From an uncultured Acidimicrobiales bacterium (GTDB lineage: Bacteria > Actinomycetota > Acidimicrobiia > Acidimicrobiales > SHLQ01), in the NCBI GenBank assembly GCA_964610745.1, contig CAZSYL010000002.1, positions 43,112 through 107,111 on the forward strand: 64,000 bases of DNA. The letters are read 5' to 3'. Both the position numbers and the translations under genes were made by a program. Each line of letters opens with the position of its first letter. The stretch's first letter is position 1. A model generated the notes under the pieces. The model had not been told where the DNA came from, searched no databases, and saw only the letters and a list, made by a program, of their open reading frames with translations. Shown piece after piece: positions 58,975-64,000 of this stretch.

Positions 58975-59862
58975 CTAGACCGTTCGCCATGGTTTAGCCA
59001 TCGCTTTTGCAAGTGTCCGTAACTCGGCGAACTGTTCGGACACGATGCCGGTGATTACGTCTTGACGATCCTCGGGTGCAGCTTCAACAGCAGCACGCCA
59101 CACGGCCCGACCTCCAGTGAAACCTGAAGCTCCATGCGTGAATCCCGCAACGAGCTGATCTCGATACTGCTCAAAGGTCACCCCTGACGAAAGCAATACC
59201 CATGGCTGCTGAGCAGCCTCGTTGACGCCCTCGCATGCCGCGGCCCAGCCTGCGGGATCGTCCAGGTTTCCCGGGAACTCAAGTTTCAGAACATCGATTG
59301 GGAGATCGGCCAGCTGTCTGACGGTCTCGAGGACAAGTGCAGGACGCTGCTCGTTGTCCATACCGAACGCGACCGGTTCAACGAGGAACGCAAGGTCGTG
59401 CTCCGTGCACTGCGCGGCAACCTCGCTCACAACAGCGCGTTGCTGCTCACAGTGGCCCGGCCGGTCCGGATGGTACGGCAACAGCAGCTTTGCCGCGGAC
59501 GCTCCCATCTTCTTTGCAGCCGCCACCGACCAGTGGTCTAGGACTGCGGTCGGGCCCGCCCACGGGTCTTGTGTATAGCCCTGTGCTTCGAGCGCGGCCA
59601 TGAAACCCTGGCTGCCCTTCACCGAGCCAGCATCGATCAGTTGTGGCAAGGAATACTCGGGTTCCAACATCACGCCGCTCGCCTGCGGACCGACTCCGGC
59701 GACAAGGTCCATCTTGAACTGGGTGATCTCCTCGTCGGTCACCTCACCCTCGATGACGTCCCGAAACGAATCGCGATGATCGATTGCCAGAACGGCAAAC
59801 ACACCCTCGTCGGTACTGAGTTCGTCAAGGCCCCGGATCTTGCCCGTCGTTAGTCCCGCCAT
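58975..59862 (-). CDS. Class I aldolase of the LacD/YihT (tagatose-bisphosphate / sulfofructose-phosphate aldolase) family
   Basis: I trimmed the ORF to the ATG at 59862, which is preceded by GAAGGAGGAAG. FAVLAIDHRD, LKLEFP, PWVLLSSGV and GASGFTGGRAVW parallel E. coli YihT (FAMLAVDQRE, PWVILSSGV, GASGFLAGRAVW; from memory). Confidence 0.8.
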   Translation of the reverse strand: MAGLTTGKIRGLDELSTDEGVFAVLAIDHRDSFRDVIEGEVTDEEITQFKMDLVAGVGPQASGVMLEPEYSLPQLIDAGSVKGSQGFMAALEAQGYTQDPWAGPTAVLDHWSVAAAKKMGASAAKLLLPYHPDRPGHCEQQRAVVSEVAAQCTEHDLAFLVEPVAFGMDNEQRPALVLETVRQLADLPIDVLKLEFPGNLDDPAGWAAACEGVNEAAQQPWVLLSSGVTFEQYRDQLVAGFTHGASGFTGGRAVWRAAVEAAPEDRQDVITGIVSEQFAELRTLAKAMAKPWRTV

Positions 59863-59863
59863 A

Positions 59864-60814
59864 TCAGCTTCCTCCTTCGGTCGGCTTCTCACCCGAGACG
59901 CTATACGGATCGTCTGGGACCTCGCCAGAAAACGCGTCCGGCGGCAACCCGCCGGGATTGTTCAGGTTCGGAGTTTGCAATACGGGTTGCACCCACGCTC
60001 CTGCATCCCCGTTCTCCCACGCATCGTGAATCCACGTGTGCCCTTCGTCGAAGCACGGTGGTGTCGAACGTTCCTTGTCGACGAGTTCGCCCGCGAGATA
60101 GTTGAGGAAAAACATGTTCCCACTCGGACACGCCACGCTCGAGTGAAATCCTTTCGGCACGAGCACGGTGTCTCCGTCGTGACTGACGACGGTCTCGTCA
60201 AAGCCGTCTTCGGGCGCCCAGTTGCGATGCATCACGAATCCGTTCGATGGGTCGAAACGGAAGTAGTAGGTCTCCTCGAGGTACGGCGCACCATCGACAC
60301 CATCGTGGCGGTGCGGCGCCCAACCCGACCACATTCCGCGAGGCACATAGACCTCGTACAGGATGAGCCGCTCGGCATCGACCGGCGGAGCCAGCACATG
60401 GTTGACCTGGCGTTGGGAGGCACCGCCTCCGCGCACCTCGCTCTTCATCTGTTCGGGCGTGATCAGGCGTGTCGGGTACAAGCCCTCAGCTGGCGCTGAG
60501 CCAATCGAGAACTCAAACCCGTCATCGCCAGCGATCACCTCGATGCTGTCTCCAGGCGTTACGTAGACGATCGAGGGCATCTCGGTGAAGACGCTCCCGC
60601 GAGCGAGAGCGAACCGTTCGCCCCCGGCGACGACGACACCCCCACCCGAGAGAGGAACGATCGCCGTTTCCTGATCAGCGCGGATATCGGTGTGGGTCTC
60701 GTTGGCCGGCAAACCGATAACACTGAAGCTCAGAAACCGCCATCCGGCCGACTCGGGTGTGACATCGAGACGGACGCCGTCTCCACCGCTGTTCTTGACG
60801 AGTGAATTGCTCAT
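59864..60814 (-). CDS. iolB: 5-deoxy-glucuronate isomerase
   Basis: About 316 aa from the ATG at 60814, which overlaps the upstream stop (ATGA). It is a cupin-like sequence in an iol operon context. The family assignment is from overall resemblance. Confidence 0.75.
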   Translation of the reverse strand: MSNSLVKNSGGDGVRLDVTPESAGWRFLSFSVIGLPANETHTDIRADQETAIVPLSGGGVVVAGGERFALARGSVFTEMPSIVYVTPGDSIEVIAGDDGFEFSIGSAPAEGLYPTRLITPEQMKSEVRGGGASQRQVNHVLAPPVDAERLILYEVYVPRGMWSGWAPHRHDGVDGAPYLEETYYFRFDPSNGFVMHRNWAPEDGFDETVVSHDGDTVLVPKGFHSSVACPSGNMFFLNYLAGELVDKERSTPPCFDEGHTWIHDAWENGDAGAWVQPVLQTPNLNNPGGLPPDAFSGEVPDDPYSVSGEKPTEGGS

Positions 60815-61674
60815 GAGTTCTCCCACGGGAAGGTTCGGGGTACGGCTTCGAACGGTGCTGCCGGACCCTGCCCGGGCATCGTTTGGTCAAAATCGATCGA
60901 GGCGCCGGACATCATTCCGGACTCACCACTCAGCATGAAGCAGATCCCTCGTGCCACTTCCTGAGGTTTCAGAATTCGCTTGAAGGCCTGCTGCGCTTCG
61001 GCTTGTTCGAGCCAGTCGTCGGGAGCGTCGTGGAACTTCTTCTGCACGGCGTCTTCGGCCGGTGTATCCATCCAACCGGGGTTGATCAGGTTGACCCGAA
61101 TCTGCTCCATCCGAAGTGAGTAGGCCGCGTGTCGAACCATTGCTTCGAGGCCGTGTTTGGACACGATGTAGGGAAACAGTTCGCCAATGGCTCCGTGATG
61201 GGCAATGCTGCCGACGAGGGCGATCGAGCCGTGCACCTCGTCGCGAGCCATCAGGTTGGCCATCGCGCCGATAAGCAGACCGTTCGCCTTTACGTTGATC
61301 GACAGCATCTCGTCCCACATGTCGCCGGTCGTATTCCATACCGATCCACGCCAGGTCGCTGCTGCGCACGAGGCGACCGAATGAACAGTGCCGTACCGCT
61401 CGTCGACCGCAGACACAATCGCTTCGACACCGGCGCTTGAGCCAATGTCCGAGGACAGAAACGACACGCTGCAGCCGTCACCGTCGAGGTCCGCCGCCGC
61501 GGCATCACCTTTCGCTTGATCTCGACCGACAAGCAAAATGTTCTCTGCGCCGCGCGCTTTCATGAGGTTGGCCACGGCGTTGCCAAGCCCTTGGGAACCT
61601 CCGGTGACCACGCACGTCTGCCCGGCGAAGGATCCATGTCGATACGGCTCCTCGACACGCAGTTCTTGGCTCAT
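60811..61674 (-). CDS. Short-chain dehydrogenase/reductase (SDR) family oxidoreductase
   Basis: I trimmed the ORF to the ATG at 61674 (MSQELRV), which overlaps the iolG stop by 1 nt. It has VVTGGSQGLGNA and the catalytic YIVSK. Confidence 0.82.
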   Translation of the reverse strand: MSQELRVEEPYRHGSFAGQTCVVTGGSQGLGNAVANLMKARGAENILLVGRDQAKGDAAAADLDGDGCSVSFLSSDIGSSAGVEAIVSAVDERYGTVHSVASCAAATWRGSVWNTTGDMWDEMLSINVKANGLLIGAMANLMARDEVHGSIALVGSIAHHGAIGELFPYIVSKHGLEAMVRHAAYSLRMEQIRVNLINPGWMDTPAEDAVQKKFHDAPDDWLEQAEAQQAFKRILKPQEVARGICFMLSGESGMMSGASIDFDQTMPGQGPAAPFEAVPRTFPWENS

Positions 61675-62672
61675 CAGTTCACCTCGGCAGTTTTGACTGG
61701 ACGACCCTCGGCGTGCGACATCCCCGCTGCGATGCCAGCGACGAGCGGCGCTCGACCATCGCGGATGGTGATCGGCATCGACCCGGACTCGAGTCCATCG
61801 CGAAATGCTTTCCACCCAGCGAGATAGCTCGGGATGTAACGCTCCAGGAAGAAGTACGGGATCGGGGAAAGCTGCGTACCGGAAGGGCTGTGTAGCTCAG
61901 CGGTATGGCTTCTTGGGTTCTCCGACACAGCCATTCCCGCTGACCCGAAGGCTTCGACGCGCTGGTCATAGCCATACACGGCCTGACGACTGTTATCGAT
62001 CGTGGTGATGCAGCCGTTCTCGTGTGTCAGCACGATAATCGCGGTGTCGACATCGCCAGCCTCCCCGATCGCGGGGTCGATTCGCACAGCAGCTTGCGTG
62101 TAGACCTCGATGATCTCGCTGCCGGTGACGAACCTCGCCATGTCGAAGTCATGAATCGTCATGTCGACGAACATGCCGCCGGATACCTTGACGTACTCGA
62201 TCGGTGGGGGCTCAGGATCGCGACTGGTGATCTTCAACAGGTGCAGATCACCGAGCGCTCCGCTGGCCGCAGCTTCCTGGACGGCGGCGTGCGCGGCGTC
62301 AAAGCGACGATTGAAACCAATGTGGATTGGCACGCCCGCGGCCTCGACGGCCACAACAGCGCGGTCGATCTCTGCGAGGTTGAGCGATACCGGCTTCTCG
62401 AGGAAGATCGCCTTGCCGGCCTCGGCAGCAGCGATCACAAGGTCGACATGGGTGTCGGTGCTGGTACAGATCGCAACCGCCTCGACGTCCGACGACATGA
62501 CTTCTTCGACGCTCCCGGCGGACTCAACGCGAAGTTCGTTCGCAACGGCCTCTGCACCCTCGGTGTGAATGTCGTAAACCGCCTCGAGCTCGAGTCCAGG
62601 GACCTGTCGGTCGATGAGCTCTGCGTGCATTCTGCCAATACGCCCGGTCCCGAGCACCGCAATGGAAACCAC
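61674..62672 (-). CDS. iolG: Inositol 2-dehydrogenase (Gfo/Idh/MocA family)
   Basis: 332 aa, containing VSIAVLGTGRIGRMHAE and FLEKPVS. The GTG start follows AGGAGGAA. The gene sits in an iol operon context. Confidence 0.85.
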   Translation of the reverse strand: MVSIAVLGTGRIGRMHAELIDRQVPGLELEAVYDIHTEGAEAVANELRVESAGSVEEVMSSDVEAVAICTSTDTHVDLVIAAAEAGKAIFLEKPVSLNLAEIDRAVVAVEAAGVPIHIGFNRRFDAAHAAVQEAAASGALGDLHLLKITSRDPEPPPIEYVKVSGGMFVDMTIHDFDMARFVTGSEIIEVYTQAAVRIDPAIGEAGDVDTAIIVLTHENGCITTIDNSRQAVYGYDQRVEAFGSAGMAVSENPRSHTAELHSPSGTQLSPIPYFFLERYIPSYLAGWKAFRDGLESGSMPITIRDGRAPLVAGIAAGMSHAEGRPVKTAEVN

Positions 62673-63616
62673 TATTCCTCCTGTTGAGCAGAGAGGACCT
62701 GCTCCTTGAAACGTTCTAACAATGTCCGTGCTGGTGTCGCCGAGCGACCGAGAACGCGATCGGTGCGCGGTGTCGTGAGCGAGCTGTCGTGCGGTATCGG
62801 CGCTGCCATGAGCGACTCGGGATCGGGCGGTCCGTAGCGAAGCAGTCCTGGGTCGAGGTCGAACACATCACACGTCAACTCGGCGAGCTCGCGACGGGTC
62901 ACCGAGTCAGCACCGGAACAGTGAAACACACCATCGGCTCGTTCTTCGCCGATGCGCAGCATGATCTCTCCGCACTCGAGCGCGAGCGACGGGGTTGCTC
63001 GCATGTTGATCTCTGGATCTTCCCAGACGGTGAAGGTCTTGCCCTCCGACAGCGCATCGACGATCGACGCGGCGAAGTAGCCGTAACCACGGTCCTGGGC
63101 ACGGGGTGATTGCGGTCGGGCGAGGTGCAATCCATTCACACCGCTGACCCGAGCGACCGCTCCCCCGCGTTCGAGCGAAACCATCTCCGAGGCCAGCTTG
63201 AGCGAACCGTACAGATTGATGGGGTTTGGTGGGGTCTCCTCGTGTGCACCGCCTTGGGTTCCGTCGTACACCCAGTCGGTCGACACCAGCACGTAGGTTG
63301 CATCCGAGGATGCTGCACCCTCCTGGGTGAATCGTGTTGCGTGAACATACGAAGCCCACGCCGCCTCCCGGTCGGCGTACATCTGGTGCCAGTCGTTCAT
63401 GATCGCGCAGTGAATGACGAGGTCTGGTTCGAAAGGATCGATGCTCGCTCGTACCTGCGCTTCATTGGTCATATCGACCGACTCGACCGCGTACGGCGCA
63501 CCAACGGGCGGTCGCCACGTGTTGGCGGTCGTGAGGACCTCGTGACCACCATCGATCGCTGCCTGGACGATGTTCGACCCGACGAATCCCCCTCCTCCAC
63601 TTATCCATACGCGCAC
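62672..63616 (-). CDS. NAD(P)-dependent epimerase/reductase of the extended-SDR type (RmlD-like)
   Basis: I trimmed the track ORF to the GTG at 63616 (VRVWISGGGGFVGSNIV), which is preceded by GGAG. The longer ORF would overlap iolD. Confidence 0.75.
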   Translation of the reverse strand: MRVWISGGGGFVGSNIVQAAIDGGHEVLTTANTWRPPVGAPYAVESVDMTNEAQVRASIDPFEPDLVIHCAIMNDWHQMYADREAAWASYVHATRFTQEGAASSDATYVLVSTDWVYDGTQGGAHEETPPNPINLYGSLKLASEMVSLERGGAVARVSGVNGLHLARPQSPRAQDRGYGYFAASIVDALSEGKTFTVWEDPEINMRATPSLALECGEIMLRIGEERADGVFHCSGADSVTRRELAELTCDVFDLDPGLLRYGPPDPESLMAAPIPHDSSLTTPRTDRVLGRSATPARTLLERFKEQVLSAQQEE

Positions 63617-63665
63617 TATTGCATCTCCGTTCGAACCATCACCTGTAGATCTGGGCAGGCCAGCA

Positions 63666-64000
63666 TTAGATCCGCTGGTCTTTCTTGCCTTCATCAATAC
63701 GCGCACGAGCCTCGAGGACCGAGTCGAGCTCACTAACTTCGGGAACGCCGACTTCCCAGTACGAGCCGCCTTCGGTCCAGCTGTAGGCATCGGTCACGAG
63801 CGAGATCACATAGGTGCGATCAGCAGCTCGTGCACGGCCGAACGCCACTTCGAGCTCGTCGATCGTCTCAACGGTTTCGCTGAGTGCGCCCATTGCTTCG
63901 GCGTGTTTGGCGAAGTCGACGGCAACAGGGTTGACCACCGTTGGATTGTCCTTGATCAGGTTATTGTATGGCTCACCGCCCATGCCGGTCTGCAACCGGT
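63666..64000 (-). CDS. iolD: 3D-(3,5/4)-trihydroxycyclohexane-1,2-dione acylhydrolase (TPP enzyme), C-terminal part; the gene runs off the right edge
   Basis: The C-terminal sequence ...VDFAKHAEAMGA...VISLVTDAYSWTEGGSYWEVGVPEVS... is typical of IolD. The true start lies beyond 64000. Confidence 0.8.
   Translation of the reverse strand, partial: RLQTGMGGEPYNNLIKDNPTVVNPVAVDFAKHAEAMGALSETVETIDELEVAFGRARAADRTYVISLVTDAYSWTEGGSYWEVGVPEVSELDSVLEARARIDEGKKDQRI

Noticed and set aside
1-64000. Search for rRNA, tRNA, tmRNA, transposase, integrase, toxin-antitoxin or recognised defence-system genes
   Set aside because: I recognised none. The DUF1998 helicase is of the housekeeping SftH/Rv3649 type in its conserved neighbourhood, not a Druantia-like defence helicase.

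Overview
This is a GC-rich chromosomal segment of actinobacterial type. The assignment rests on a TopA with a Lys-rich tail, a DUF4244-type Flp, the 'helicase/secretion neighbourhood' genes and a type-Z S14. The class cannot be fixed from sequence alone.

Layout:
- 1-10.7 kb: a minus-strand ribosomal-protein supercluster (rplC through rplO, then secY running off the left edge). It is extremely compact, with many 1-nt stop/start overlaps. It lacks rpsJ and is preceded by a 453-nt hairpin-rich non-coding leader.
- 11-23 kb: membrane and lipid genes interleaved with housekeeping genes. These include an ABC importer with no ATPase gene, split by other genes; a MerA-like flavoprotein; a CDP-alcohol phosphatidyltransferase; a TVP38/DedA protein; an orphan radical-SAM enzyme; coaA, holB and tmk; and a flippase-like protein.
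- 23-32.7 kb: a Pro/Ala-rich membrane protein, topA, nhaA, an rsbW/rsbV-like pair and a DUF1998 (SftH/Rv3649-like) helicase.
- 32.7-47 kb: an accessory-looking block. It holds an FN3 lipoprotein, a GT4 glycosyltransferase, a DUF4397 protein with a class F sortase, an uncharacterised catabolic operon (alpha/beta hydrolase, PEP-hydrolase-like TIM barrel, UPF0261, RhaEW-type aldolase/dehydrogenase, unknown protein), an RTX-repeat 5'-nucleotidase and a chaperone-like protein. A 2+2 inverted array of a 21-nt repeat closes the block.
- 47-50.7 kb: an actinobacterial Tad-like operon.
- 51-64 kb: a CoA-transferase, an HDAC-like amidohydrolase, a DUF2330 protein, a HAD-IB hydrolase, a zinc-ribbon methyltransferase, a PQQ sugar dehydrogenase and a variant inositol-catabolism operon (iolD, partial, through a LacD/YihT-type aldolase).

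I recognised no rRNA, tRNA, CRISPR array, transposase or integrase. Many long ORFs in the track are antisense or out-of-frame artefacts of high GC content.

The observations I rank highest are:
- the split helicase/Tad neighbourhood and its 14-kb insert;
- the 21-nt repeat array;
- the orphan radical-SAM gene in a lipid-gene context;
- the UPF0261/PEP-hydrolase-like/RhaEW operon;
- the sortase F pair with a non-canonical VVNTG signal;
- the rpsJ-less rplC leader.
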